NCBI GenBank assembly: GCA_963710065.1
Contig: CAVPYU010000005.1
Location: 491,053 to 555,052, forward strand
Source: an uncultured Thermoleophilia bacterium
Lineage (GTDB): Bacteria > Actinomycetota > Thermoleophilia > Solirubrobacterales > CAVPYU01
DNA length: 64,000 nt
Direction of reading: 5' to 3'
The notes beneath the pieces were generated by a model that had not been told where the DNA came from, made no database searches, and saw only the letters and a list, made by a program, of their open reading frames with translations. Position 1 is the first letter of the stretch. Each line of letters starts with the position of its first letter. Of the stretch, positions 10,434 through 19,326 are shown one piece after another. The position numbers were made by a program, and so were the translations under genes.

Positions 10434-10820
10434 TTACTGCGCAGACTGCAGGTCGCTGCGTAAACTCTGTGCCTCTTTCAGGTAGACGTGTTTTGTCTGG
10501 TGCGTCGGATCGGCGTAGAAGTGGATCATCACCCTGATACACAGCTCCAGAGATCCTGGAACGTTCAACTCCCGAGTACACAGCAACGGCACCGTGTTCA
10601 GTCCAAGCTCCCTTGCCTCTACTGCCGGGAACTCAGCGTTTAGATCGTCAGTCGATGTGAAGATACAACTGACCATCTTCTCCGGCACAAGCCTGTTTTG
10701 CTCCATGATCTCGGTGATCAGCTCCCTGGTCGCAGCCAGAATCGAGGCCTCGTCGTTACGCTCTACCGAAGTCGCCCCACGAAGTGCAAAAACTCTCTCG
10801 TTTTGAATATCCTCACTCAT
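10434..10820 (-). CDS. aroH: Chorismate mutase, AroH class
   Basis: 128 aa. RGATSVERNDEASILAATRELITEIMEQN ... CIRVMIHF matches the small trimeric AroH-type chorismate mutases. Confidence 0.85.
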   Translation of the reverse strand: MSEDIQNERVFALRGATSVERNDEASILAATRELITEIMEQNRLVPEKMVSCIFTSTDDLNAEFPAVEARELGLNTVPLLCTRELNVPGSLELCIRVMIHFYADPTHQTKHVYLKEAQSLRSDLQSAQ

Positions 10821-10830
10821 TCCGGACAGA

Positions 10831-11562
10831 TTATTGCTTAAGTTGCCGAATCTCGTCGGTAGTAGCGACTCTACTCTGCCCCGGCTCTAGCCCTTTCAGC
10901 GTCAAAGGGCCGAACTGTGTTCGCTTCAGCTCGAGCACATCGTGGCCTACGGCTTGGCACATTTTCCTAACCTGCCGGTTGCGGCCCTCCCTGATGGTGA
11001 TCTCGAACCTACTTGAGCCGCTTGATCGTTTCTTGGGCTTCACCTTGGCGGGAGCTGTACGGCCACCATCAATTTCCACCCCCCGACTCAACTTTTCCGT
11101 TGCCTGGTTCGAGATGCGTCCCTTGACCTTGACCGAGTACGTCTTCTCGACCCCGTAACGAGGGTGCATCAAGCGGTTGGCCAGCTCTCCGTCGTTTGTC
11201 AAAAGCATCAACCCGGTACTTCCTGCGTCGAGCCTGCCAACCGGATAGACACGGCCCTCTGCGCGCACCATGTCAACTACCTTGGTGCGTCCCTGTGGAT
11301 CGTCTGCGGTTGACACTACCCCCGCCGGCTTGTTCAGAAGGTAGTACTCACGCCTCTCCACTCCCACCAGCTTGCCGTCGACCTTTACTGCATCGTCTTG
11401 TTCGACATCGAGAGCCGGGTCTTTTACGACGGCGCCGTCTACGGAAACCCTTCCTTCGGCGATTATCTCCTCGGCCTTCCTTCTTGAGGCAACTCCTGAG
11501 TGAGCTAAATACTTTACGAGACGCACCGTTCGCAGTTTAGACTCCACTCGCCCTCTCATCAA
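10831..11562 (-). CDS. rluB: Pseudouridine synthase (RluB/RsuA family) with S4 domain
   Basis: 243 aa. It has an N-terminal S4 domain (RLVKYLAHSGVASRRKAEEII) and the catalytic motif VGRLDAGSTGLMLLTNDGELANRLMHP. Confidence 0.9.
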   Translation of the reverse strand: MMRGRVESKLRTVRLVKYLAHSGVASRRKAEEIIAEGRVSVDGAVVKDPALDVEQDDAVKVDGKLVGVERREYYLLNKPAGVVSTADDPQGRTKVVDMVRAEGRVYPVGRLDAGSTGLMLLTNDGELANRLMHPRYGVEKTYSVKVKGRISNQATEKLSRGVEIDGGRTAPAKVKPKKRSSGSSRFEITIREGRNRQVRKMCQAVGHDVLELKRTQFGPLTLKGLEPGQSRVATTDEIRQLKQ

Positions 11563-11592
11563 ATTCTTAGGAAGTTGGGCCAGAATATAGGT

Positions 11593-12270
11593 ATGAAGGT
11601 GTTGGTAGTCGACGACGAGCGTGCGGTTCGAGAGTCGATCGAGCGCGCACTGATCCTCGAAAACTATCAGGTAGCGCTTGCAGAAGACGGTGAGCAGGCA
11701 CTCGAGAAGATAGACCGGGATGAGCCGGACGTAGTAATCCTCGACATCCTGATGCCGGGGATGGACGGCCTGGCTGTCTGTCGGCAGTTAAGGATGAAGG
11801 GCAACCGTGTGCCGGTACTGATGTTGACCGCACGTGTCGAGATCAGCAACCGGGTAGACGGGCTGGATGCCGGTGCGGACGACTACCTAACCAAACCGTT
11901 CGACTTGGACGAGCTACTTGCTCGACTGCGAGCACTTCTGCGTAGAAGCACCCTTAACGGAAACGGTAAAAAAGAGCTCGAGTATGGCGACCTGACGCTT
12001 GACCCAGGCTCATATAAGGTCAAGAGAGGCGAGCGCCTGTTGGATCTGACAAGAACCGAGTACCAGCTGCTCGAGCTTCTGATGATCAACTCAGAGCAGG
12101 TTATGACCCGAGACATCATCTACGAACGTGTCTGGGGATATGACTTCGGTGTCCTTTCGAACTCGATCGACGTCTACGTTGGATACCTACGGCGAAAGAC
12201 CGAAGAAGATGGGGAACCGAGGCTGATCCAGACGATTCGCGGGGTTGGATACGTTTTGAGGAAGCCATGA
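11593..12270 (+). CDS. OmpR-family response regulator
   Basis: The protein starts MKVLVVDDERAVRESI. It has a receiver domain (DVVILDILMPGMDG) and a winged-helix C-terminus (LTRTEYQLLELLM...IQTIRGVGYVL). The track ORF starts at TTG 11575, but ATG 11593 gives the canonical N-terminus. Confidence 0.93.
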   Translation: MKVLVVDDERAVRESIERALILENYQVALAEDGEQALEKIDRDEPDVVILDILMPGMDGLAVCRQLRMKGNRVPVLMLTARVEISNRVDGLDAGADDYLTKPFDLDELLARLRALLRRSTLNGNGKKELEYGDLTLDPGSYKVKRGERLLDLTRTEYQLLELLMINSEQVMTRDIIYERVWGYDFGVLSNSIDVYVGYLRRKTEEDGEPRLIQTIRGVGYVLRKP

Positions 12271-13730
12271 GCTTCCGCAGCCGCATCTCTATCGCCACAT
12301 CTGTCGCAGTGGCAGTCACGGTCATCGTGGCTTCATTCCTTGTCTATTTTGCGGCCCGCGACAGCATGCGCGACGAGATCGACAGCTCAATTCGCAATCG
12401 GGCGCGCGTTGTAAAGACTTTCTACGAAAGAGTGGAAAATAGAGACAAGAGAAATCGACAGGACAAGAAGAGTAAAGACAGTGGTCAGAACGACGATGCT
12501 CGTCCTCAACCCGGCAGTGCCCCACCGGTCGGCGTCCGCCCGCCCAGACAAGGGAAGCTCGTCGGCGATGAGGGGCAAGCTGGGCCCCCACCACCACGTT
12601 TCGGGGGACCTGAAGGTATAGCGCAGACGATCAAGACTAATGGAGACGTGGAGCTGGGACGAGCGTCTGGACCAGAGCTTCCAGTCAGCAGCAAAGATAA
12701 GGAGGTCGCCGCAGGAAACCAGGCTGCATTCTTTTCAGATAAGGATGTCGAAGGAGAACATCTGCGCGCATACACCGCGCCACTGCGAAGCGGGGTCGCC
12801 TTCCAGATTGCCAGACCGCTCGATGAGGTCGACAACCAGCTTAACCAGCTTCTGATCATCCTGATCGTCATCTCAGCGGCGGGCGTGGTTATCGCCTTTG
12901 TTCTGGGAAGGGTCGTATCCGGAACTGCACTGACACCTGTTTCAAGACTTATGGACAGCGTGGAGCATGTCTCGGCCACCCACGATCTGGGTGAACGGAT
13001 CGATGTGGAGGGAACCGACGAGCTTGCCCGCCTTGCAAAGGGTTTCAACTTGATGCTCGAGGAGTTAGATGAGGCAGATCATGCACAGCGCCAGCTCGTT
13101 GCAGACGCGTCGCACGAATTGCGAACACCTTTGGCAAGTCTGAAAACAAACATAGAGGTTCTTGCCCGGCCAGAGCAGCTCTCTGAGGGCCATCGAAAGA
13201 TGCTCCTAAAGGACGTCGTAGGCCAGCTCGATGAGTTCACTGCACTGGTGACCGACCTGATAGATCTCGCCCGGGGCTACGAACCGGACGGTAGCTTCCA
13301 GGATGTAAACCTCGACAGACTTGTAGCTGAAGCTGTTAAGCGCGCCGAGCGACAACATCCCGAGATCACCTTTAAAAGCGATCTCCACGAATGCCTCACC
13401 GACGGCGCCCCTCAGCGACTTGATCGAGCCGTGAGCAACATGATCGACAACGCCGCGAAATGGAGTCCCAAGGGTGGCGTAGTTGAGGTCTCACTTAAAG
13501 ATTGCCGGGTTTCCGTTCGCGATCATGGCCCAGGAATCAACGAAAAGGACCTGCCCCACATCTTTGATCGCTTCTACCGTTCGACGACCGCACGAAGCAT
13601 GTCGGGCTCCGGGCTTGGGCTTTCGATCGTTAAACAGGTTGCAGATGCACATAAAGGAACCGTCACTGCCAGAAACGCGGCCGATGGCGGCGCGATCCTG
13701 GAGCTTCTTCTTAAAAAAGATTTAGATTGA
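12267..13730 (+). CDS. Sensor histidine kinase (TM-periplasmic-TM-HAMP-HisKA-HATPase)
   Basis: 487 aa with two TM segments, the H-box ADASHELRTPLASL, N-box MIDNAAKWSP and G-boxes DHGPGI / GSGLGLSIV. It overlaps the regulator stop by 4 nt. Confidence 0.93.
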   Translation: MSFRSRISIATSVAVAVTVIVASFLVYFAARDSMRDEIDSSIRNRARVVKTFYERVENRDKRNRQDKKSKDSGQNDDARPQPGSAPPVGVRPPRQGKLVGDEGQAGPPPPRFGGPEGIAQTIKTNGDVELGRASGPELPVSSKDKEVAAGNQAAFFSDKDVEGEHLRAYTAPLRSGVAFQIARPLDEVDNQLNQLLIILIVISAAGVVIAFVLGRVVSGTALTPVSRLMDSVEHVSATHDLGERIDVEGTDELARLAKGFNLMLEELDEADHAQRQLVADASHELRTPLASLKTNIEVLARPEQLSEGHRKMLLKDVVGQLDEFTALVTDLIDLARGYEPDGSFQDVNLDRLVAEAVKRAERQHPEITFKSDLHECLTDGAPQRLDRAVSNMIDNAAKWSPKGGVVEVSLKDCRVSVRDHGPGINEKDLPHIFDRFYRSTTARSMSGSGLGLSIVKQVADAHKGTVTARNAADGGAILELLLKKDLD

Positions 13731-13802
13731 TCTCATCCTCCTCTCATGTTCAGAGGATTTACTGGTTGTCGTAAGTTGCCTACCACATGGAAGGGAGAAA
13801 AA

Positions 13803-14606
13803 ATGAAAAAGATAGCTGTACTTATTTCAATTTTTCTTTTATCAATACCAGTTGTTGCTTTGGCTAAATCCGGCAACGGAGATGGCTCGAAAGCAAAGAG
13901 TGAGGAGCGAGCGAAGCAGGCCAAGAAATCCTGCGAAGCCGAGCTCAAAGTAGTGGGCGAGAATAACTTCAAAGAGCTCTATGGCAAGGGCGATGATCGT
14001 ACGGGTGCGATGAGTCAGTGCCAGAAGATCAAGCAGAATCCTCCGCATCATGGAAAGCGCGGAAAGCGCGGTGGACCGCCAGGTGGCCCATTTGGCAAAT
14101 GCCTTAAAGAGAGCGGCGTAGATCGTGACGCCTCCGCCGAGGACAAGAAGGCAGCCGCCAGTAAGTGCGAGACCGAGCACAAGAAGAAGAGAGAAGAGAT
14201 GGAGTCGAAAAGACTCGCTTTTCTCAAGTCATGTGTCGATGAGCAAGCAGATGACCAGTCCGCCTTCAATAGCAAGTACACGTTGGTGGGCGAGGAAAAC
14301 CAGGCCGAGCACACGAAGCGGCTTGAGGAGTACAAGGCCAAGCTGGCCGAAAATGGCAAGTCCACCAAACGAGTCGACAAAGAGCTCAAGCGACTTGAAA
14401 CAGCCGATGTGCGTCCGTTCCGTGCCTGTGATCGATCGAACATGAAGGAACTGATCGAGCAGGAGCGTGGAAGCAAGGACGGTAACAAAGGCCCCGGGTC
14501 CAGGAATGGACAGGGTGGCCCAGGACTTCCAGGACCGGGAGGCAGTGGCGGTCCTGAAGAGTCCGGCGACGACGGCTTTGGTGGCCCTCCCCCAGGGCAG
14601 ATCTAG
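13803..14606 (+). CDS. Secreted Lys/Glu-rich protein with six spaced cysteines and a Gly/Pro-rich tail
   Basis: GGGAG sits 6-7 nt upstream of ATG 13803. The signal peptide is MKKIAVLISIFLLSIPVVALA. A K-x-C motif repeats (KKSCEAE, SQCQKIK, GKCLKES, SKCETEH, LKSCVDE, FRACDRS). No family was recognised. Confidence 0.6.
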   Translation: MKKIAVLISIFLLSIPVVALAKSGNGDGSKAKSEERAKQAKKSCEAELKVVGENNFKELYGKGDDRTGAMSQCQKIKQNPPHHGKRGKRGGPPGGPFGKCLKESGVDRDASAEDKKAAASKCETEHKKKREEMESKRLAFLKSCVDEQADDQSAFNSKYTLVGEENQAEHTKRLEEYKAKLAENGKSTKRVDKELKRLETADVRPFRACDRSNMKELIEQERGSKDGNKGPGSRNGQGGPGLPGPGGSGGPEESGDDGFGGPPPGQI

Positions 14607-14657
14607 CCGTCAAACGGTCGGGGTAGACGCCTGAGCAGCCAGCCCCGATTTAACGAC

Positions 14658-14698
14658 AAAAGGCCACCGGCGGATTACAACCCCACCGGTGGCCTTTT
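14658..14698 (+). terminator. Stem-loop downstream of the secreted-protein gene (possible intrinsic terminator)
   Basis: AAAAGGCCACCGG (14658-14670) pairs with CCGGTGGCCTTTT (14686-14698) across a 15-nt loop. The U-run is only 4 nt and lies inside the stem. Confidence 0.45.
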
Positions 14699-14837
14699 AA
14701 CGCTAAAAGCGCATGAACTCCCCCACTCCACATACTTATTCGATGAACTCCTTTTGGCGCTGCTTTATGCAGAAGTCCTACGCCCCGGTGATCGCTGGAC
14801 ACATATATGCGTAGACTGCAGAACCATTCTGCGCAAA

Positions 14838-14880
14838 CATCAGGCCATATCTGCGTAATCATCAGGTACTATCTACGTAC
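14838..14880. repeat. Imperfect 22-nt tandem direct repeat upstream of the ATPase gene
   Basis: CATCAGGCCATATCTGCGTAA (14838-14858) and CATCAGGTACTATCTACGTAC (14860-14880) match at 17 of 21 positions. The second copy ends 11 nt before the start codon at 14892. Confidence 0.5.
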
Positions 14881-14891
14881 CCACCAGATTC

Positions 14892-16148
14892 ATGCCTATC
14901 TATCCTCGGCACATCAGACCTGATATCGAAGCCGCGCTCAACGACACGCCGGTTGTGATCATCGTCGGCCCGCGGCAGTGCGGCAAGAGTACGCTGGCCG
15001 AGCAGATCGCAAACGAACGAAACGCTCGTCTCATCAATCTTGATGACGCTGGACCGCGAGCTGCAGCCAACGCCGATCCTACCGGGTTCATCGAAGAAAG
15101 CGAACTTCCCCTGTTCATCGATGAGTTTCAAAAGGCACCGGCTCTTCTTGACGCGATCAAGGGCCACGTCGACCGGGCTCGTAGAGGTGGCAAGCAAGTT
15201 CGAGGCTTGTTCCTGCTTACGGGCTCGGCGAACGTCTGGTCAACACTCAAGATCTCCGAGTCACTCGCCGGCCGTGCAGAGCGCGTGCAACTGTGGCCGC
15301 TCTCGCAAGGTGAGATCCTCGGAACGCAAGAGAGATTCGTGAGTGAGCTACTTGCCGGGCGAGTTCCTAAGGTCACAAGCGCACCGACCGGCCGTAAAGC
15401 GATCGCCGAGCAACTCGTGTTGGGCGGTTATCCGGAAATGCTCGCTCGGCCACAGCCGAGGCGCCGCTCGAAGTGGGTACAAAACTACCTCGAGATGATC
15501 TTGGAACGCGATGTCAAGGATCTGGTGACGAGAGCTCAGCAGCTCGGCGAACTCCCCCGATTGTTGCAACTCGCAGCCGCACGCGTGGCGAACCTGCTGG
15601 ACGTATCGAGTATCGGTAAGGCCCTCGAGATGAAAAGGGACAGCGTGCAGCGCTATCTGACGCTGCTTGAGCTTCTCTTCCTGGTCCGCCGTGCGCCGGC
15701 TTGGACCCGGAACATCGGACAGCGCCTCATTAAATCCCCGAAGCTCTGGCTACCTGACAGTGGTATGACCTGTCAGCTTGTGAACTACAGTGCGAAACGA
15801 TTCATCAACGACGAGACAGCCGTTGCCGGTTCCCTATTTGAGAACTTTGTCGCTGGAGAGATCAACAAACAGATCACCTGGTGTGAGGAGAGTGCGCGGC
15901 TTTACCACTTCCGCACAGCCGGCGGGCGAGAGGTGGACATCCTGATCGAAAGCAAAGACGGCCAGATCGCTGGTGTTGAGACAAAGCTCGGATTGACACC
16001 CCATGAGAGGGACTTCAGCGGGCTAGCTCACCTACGGGATAAGTTGGGAGCACGCTTCACGGCGGGAGTCGTCGTGCACACGGGCCCAGACACGCTCCCG
16101 TTCGGCGATCGACTATGGGCGGTGCCAGTCTCGACTCTCTGGAATTAA
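14892..16148 (+). CDS. AAA-type ATPase with DUF4143-like C-terminal nuclease-fold domain (COG1373 family)
   Basis: 418 aa with Walker A GPRQCGKSTLA and Walker B LFIDEFQ. The C-terminal REVDILIESKDGQIAGVETK resembles the restriction-endonuclease-like core typical of DUF4143. Confidence 0.8.
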   Translation: MPIYPRHIRPDIEAALNDTPVVIIVGPRQCGKSTLAEQIANERNARLINLDDAGPRAAANADPTGFIEESELPLFIDEFQKAPALLDAIKGHVDRARRGGKQVRGLFLLTGSANVWSTLKISESLAGRAERVQLWPLSQGEILGTQERFVSELLAGRVPKVTSAPTGRKAIAEQLVLGGYPEMLARPQPRRRSKWVQNYLEMILERDVKDLVTRAQQLGELPRLLQLAAARVANLLDVSSIGKALEMKRDSVQRYLTLLELLFLVRRAPAWTRNIGQRLIKSPKLWLPDSGMTCQLVNYSAKRFINDETAVAGSLFENFVAGEINKQITWCEESARLYHFRTAGGREVDILIESKDGQIAGVETKLGLTPHERDFSGLAHLRDKLGARFTAGVVVHTGPDTLPFGDRLWAVPVSTLWN

Positions 16149-16172
16149 AATGACTGGTTCCGGGATAAGCCT

Positions 16173-16571
16173 TTACGGTCTCATCTCTACAAGGCCTGCC
16201 GCAGCGAAGTCCCCGTCAAAAGCAAACGCATTTTGCATACGCATTGACTTCATGGCCGTAAAGCTGGTGGCGTCGACAAAAGAGTACTCTCTTTCGTCAT
16301 GCTGCCGAAGCCACTCAAGCGCTTGTGCCTCAAGGTCTTCTGATGTGTGGATAATCTCGACTCGCGGTGATGCTGTAGCCATCTCGACAAAATCAACTGC
16401 GGACGCATGACCTGCACGACGCCGGAGGAACGTCCAGGTTTCACCGACTACGTGATTCGTAGTTAGCAGTGGTACGTCGCTGTACTGCTGCAACAGATCC
16501 ACTGCGATTTGATGATTGCCATCTTTAACATTTCGCAACGCGACCCAAAAAGAGGTGTCGACGAAGATCAT
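16173..16571 (-). CDS. vapC: PIN-domain toxin VapC
   Basis: 132 aa. MIFVDTSFWVAL carries the first Asp. The other acidic residues of the PIN tetrad are in GETW, FVDATS and FDGDF. It overlaps the upstream antitoxin stop by 4 nt. Confidence 0.88.
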   Translation of the reverse strand: MIFVDTSFWVALRNVKDGNHQIAVDLLQQYSDVPLLTTNHVVGETWTFLRRRAGHASAVDFVEMATASPRVEIIHTSEDLEAQALEWLRQHDEREYSFVDATSFTAMKSMRMQNAFAFDGDFAAAGLVEMRP

Positions 16572-16780
16572 TCGTAAACGATGTCGTCGACTGGCGCTGG
16601 ATCAAAGTCATCTGAACCTGCCATTCGCATTAATGGATCTGCGGACAGTGGCGGATATGGTCGTAACTGCTCACGGAGCTGCCTACGAATAATGGCAGCC
16701 TTTGATGTCTGTTCAGAGATGGCCCGCCGCTCAAGATCCGCGTCCAAGTCTTCATCGATCATAATCTGCAACCTTTTCAT
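16568..16780 (-). CDS. vapB: Ribbon-helix-helix antitoxin VapB
   Basis: 70 aa. MKRLQIMIDEDLDADLERRAISEQTSKAAIIRRQLRE fits the RHH (CopG/MetJ) pattern, and the gene sits directly upstream of vapC. Confidence 0.8.
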   Translation of the reverse strand: MKRLQIMIDEDLDADLERRAISEQTSKAAIIRRQLREQLRPYPPLSADPLMRMAGSDDFDPAPVDDIVYE

Positions 16781-16789
16781 ATGTTAAGC

Positions 16790-16802
16790 ATACATCATGT
16801 AT
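16790..16802. promoter_or_regulatory. Small palindrome 10 nt upstream of vapB (candidate operator)
   Basis: ATACAT-C-ATGTAT has 6-bp arms. Confidence 0.3.
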
Positions 16803-16872
16803 CTTACGTTGGTGTAACTTTTTACCCATTCTTCCCAATATTTCCATCTATCCGATATCCGTGACCTTGGTG

Positions 16873-17445
16873 CTAGCTGTTCACTCTCTGTTCGCCGGCG
16901 TGTAAGAGTTTCTTGCGTAGCTCGTCCGCGTCTTCAACGCTCGGTTCAAATTGAGATACATCGGGAAGATCGTCCAGGCTGGACAGGCCAAACAGTTTCA
17001 TAAATAGCTCGCTCGGCCTGTATAGAACCGCGCCGAATTGAGATCGTCCCGTCTCGTCGATCAGCCCGCGCTCCAGCAGTGTCCCGACCGTTGACTCTGC
17101 CGCGACCCCTCTGATTCGAGTGATCTCAGGTCGTGAGACCGGTTGCAAGTAGGCGATGATCGCAAGTGTCTCGGCCTGAGCCTGCGACAGAGGTGGAGTT
17201 CGTGGCTTGGCAAACAGGCTTCTCGCTGCTTTTTCTGCCCGTGGACTGCTGGCCAGAGTGAATCCACCTGCGACTTCGCGTAAGACCAACCCATGACCTT
17301 GTTCTTCGTAGTGCTCGCGCAGATGGCTAACGGCACCCATGACCTCCTCCGCGTCGCACTCACACGCCTCCGCAAGCTCGTCAACACTCACCGGCTCAGA
17401 CGATAGGAACAGAAGTGACTCAATAACACTTGCAAGCTTGTTCAT
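16873..17445 (-). CDS. scpB: Segregation and condensation protein B
   Basis: 190 aa. SVIESLLFLSSEPVSVDELA and the LAIIAYLQPVSRPEITRIRGV winged-helix motifs are present. It overlaps scpA by 4 nt. Confidence 0.92.
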   Translation of the reverse strand: MNKLASVIESLLFLSSEPVSVDELAEACECDAEEVMGAVSHLREHYEEQGHGLVLREVAGGFTLASSPRAEKAARSLFAKPRTPPLSQAQAETLAIIAYLQPVSRPEITRIRGVAAESTVGTLLERGLIDETGRSQFGAVLYRPSELFMKLFGLSSLDDLPDVSQFEPSVEDADELRKKLLHAGEQRVNS

Positions 17446-18215
17446 CCGCCGGCCTGCTCTCCATCTCCCCCACCGGCGTCTGCAGCGGAGCTGTTGATCG
17501 TTATCTCCGCGAACGGCCTGGACTGCTTCCAGCTTGCCTCGCCCTTCTTGTACAGCTCCAGTAGTGCAAACAGGGTGACGGCCTGAGTCATCCGATCCTC
17601 GTCTCCCACCGCCTCGTCAAAGGTAAAGCTACCCTCTCTCTTCAGAAGACCGCGCAAGTGCTCCAGTCGCCTCTCTAAAGACACTGCCGGCGCACGGATC
17701 TCATGTAGCTTGATCTGGGGCGGTGGCTGTAAAAGATCTGCCACTGCATGATCGAGGATTGCTGGATCATAAGCCTTGACTGCTGCATCGATCGATACCT
17801 GCCTCAACCGGCCAGGCAGTGGCGCGCTCCTGTAGCGGAACCCTGACTCTTCTATGAACCTGTCTATCAGCCAGCCGGCCGCTTTCTTTGCCTTCTTGTA
17901 CTCGAGCAAGCGCGCCAGCAGCTCCTCCGCTGCCTCTTCCCGCTCTAGCTCAAGGCCCTCCTCGCCCTCGCTGGGAAGCATCAGACGCGACTTGAACTCC
18001 AGAAGAGCGGCTATTAGCACCAGAAACTCGGTCGCAGCCTCCAGGTCCAGCTCGTGACGAGCCTCCAAGTGCTCTATGTAGGAGATGACTACTTCCGCTA
18101 GATCGACTTCGAGGAGATCGATCTCCTCGTTGAGTATCAGAGCCAGGAGAAGATCAAACGGTCCTTGAAAGACGTCCAGCTCCAGATCGATCGACGCAAT
18201 CCGCGTAGCTGTCAA
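17442..18215 (-). CDS. scpA: Segregation and condensation protein A (kleisin)
   Basis: 257 aa. LDVFQGPFDLLLALILNEEIDLLEVDLAEV is the typical ScpA N-terminus. Confidence 0.92.
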   Translation of the reverse strand: MTATRIASIDLELDVFQGPFDLLLALILNEEIDLLEVDLAEVVISYIEHLEARHELDLEAATEFLVLIAALLEFKSRLMLPSEGEEGLELEREEAAEELLARLLEYKKAKKAAGWLIDRFIEESGFRYRSAPLPGRLRQVSIDAAVKAYDPAILDHAVADLLQPPPQIKLHEIRAPAVSLERRLEHLRGLLKREGSFTFDEAVGDEDRMTQAVTLFALLELYKKGEASWKQSRPFAEITINSSAADAGGGDGEQAGG

Positions 18216-19219
18216 AGCCCCATCACCTTTCTGGTCTGTTCGATGATTGGTACCGCCAGCTCCTTCGCACGCTCCGCACCTTGATCCAGTATTCTCTCCA
18301 GCTCGCCGCGATCGGCCAGGGCTTCTTCCCTGCGCTCACGGATCGGGCGCAGATACTCGACTACACGCTCGGCAAGCTCGTTCTTATGATCGACACAGCC
18401 AAGCTCGCCGGAGCGACAGGTTCGTTCGATCTCCTCAACTCTGTCGGAGGGGGCTCCAAAAAGCTTTTCGTAGGCAAAAACATTGCATATTTCTGGATGC
18501 CCAGGGTCGTCCCTCTTTATCTTTTCAGGATCGGTAATCATCTTGCCGATCATCTCGTTAATTGTCTCGGGTGAATCCCCGAGCTCTATCGCGTTTCTAT
18601 AGCTTTTTGACATCTTGCGATTATCGATGCCCAGTAGGACCGGCGCCTCTGTGACGATCGGCTGAGGTTCCGGGAACATGGAGTTGCCACTGCCGAAAAG
18701 ATGGTTGAAGCGCCTGACTATCTCTCGCGCCAGCTCAAGATGTGGCAGCTGATCTTGGCCAACCGGAACATATGACGCCTTGTACAGAACTATGTCGGCA
18801 GTCTGCAACACCGGGTAACCGAAAAACCCAAACGTATCGATCTGCTCACCCAGCTCCGCAATCTGACCTTTGTATGTGGGCACCCGCTCCAGCCACGACT
18901 TCGGCGTAACCATCCCCAACAGCAGGGCAAGCTCCGAGTGCTCCGGAACTGCAGACTGCCGAAATATGATCGACCGCTCCGGATCGATACCGGCGCCGAT
19001 CCAGTCGGCCACCATCTCGATCCCGCCCTCGTGTATCTGCGACACATCCTCGTATGCGGTCGTCAGTGCGTGGAGATCGACCACGCTGTATACGCACTCG
19101 TAGGTGTCCTGCAGCTCAACCCACTGTTTCAGCGCACCGAAGTAGTTGCCGAGGTGCAACCTGCCGGTCGGTCTCATTCCAGAGAATACTCGTTCTTTTG
19201 TTGAGGTACCTTGTTCCAT
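18212..19219 (-). CDS. trpS: Tryptophan--tRNA ligase
   Basis: It has GMRPTGRLHLGNY (HIGH-type) and KMSKS motifs. The track ORF begins at 19267, but ATG 19219 (MEQGTSTKERVFSG) gives the usual length. Confidence 0.93.
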   Translation of the reverse strand: MEQGTSTKERVFSGMRPTGRLHLGNYFGALKQWVELQDTYECVYSVVDLHALTTAYEDVSQIHEGGIEMVADWIGAGIDPERSIIFRQSAVPEHSELALLLGMVTPKSWLERVPTYKGQIAELGEQIDTFGFFGYPVLQTADIVLYKASYVPVGQDQLPHLELAREIVRRFNHLFGSGNSMFPEPQPIVTEAPVLLGIDNRKMSKSYRNAIELGDSPETINEMIGKMITDPEKIKRDDPGHPEICNVFAYEKLFGAPSDRVEEIERTCRSGELGCVDHKNELAERVVEYLRPIRERREEALADRGELERILDQGAERAKELAVPIIEQTRKVMGL

Positions 19220-19326
19220 TAACACGCAAGAATAGTGGTCTAACAGGCGGAGACCGCGACCAGTCAATGATCAATCGTCAAAATTAGTCGGCGTCTGATG
19301 CCGAGACCTTCAAATCCGCGGTGGGT

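Noticed and set aside
19220-19326. T-box leader upstream of trpS
   Set aside because: The region is only about 100 nt, with no T-box sequence (AAUUAGGGUGGUACCGCG-like) or specifier/terminator arrangement.
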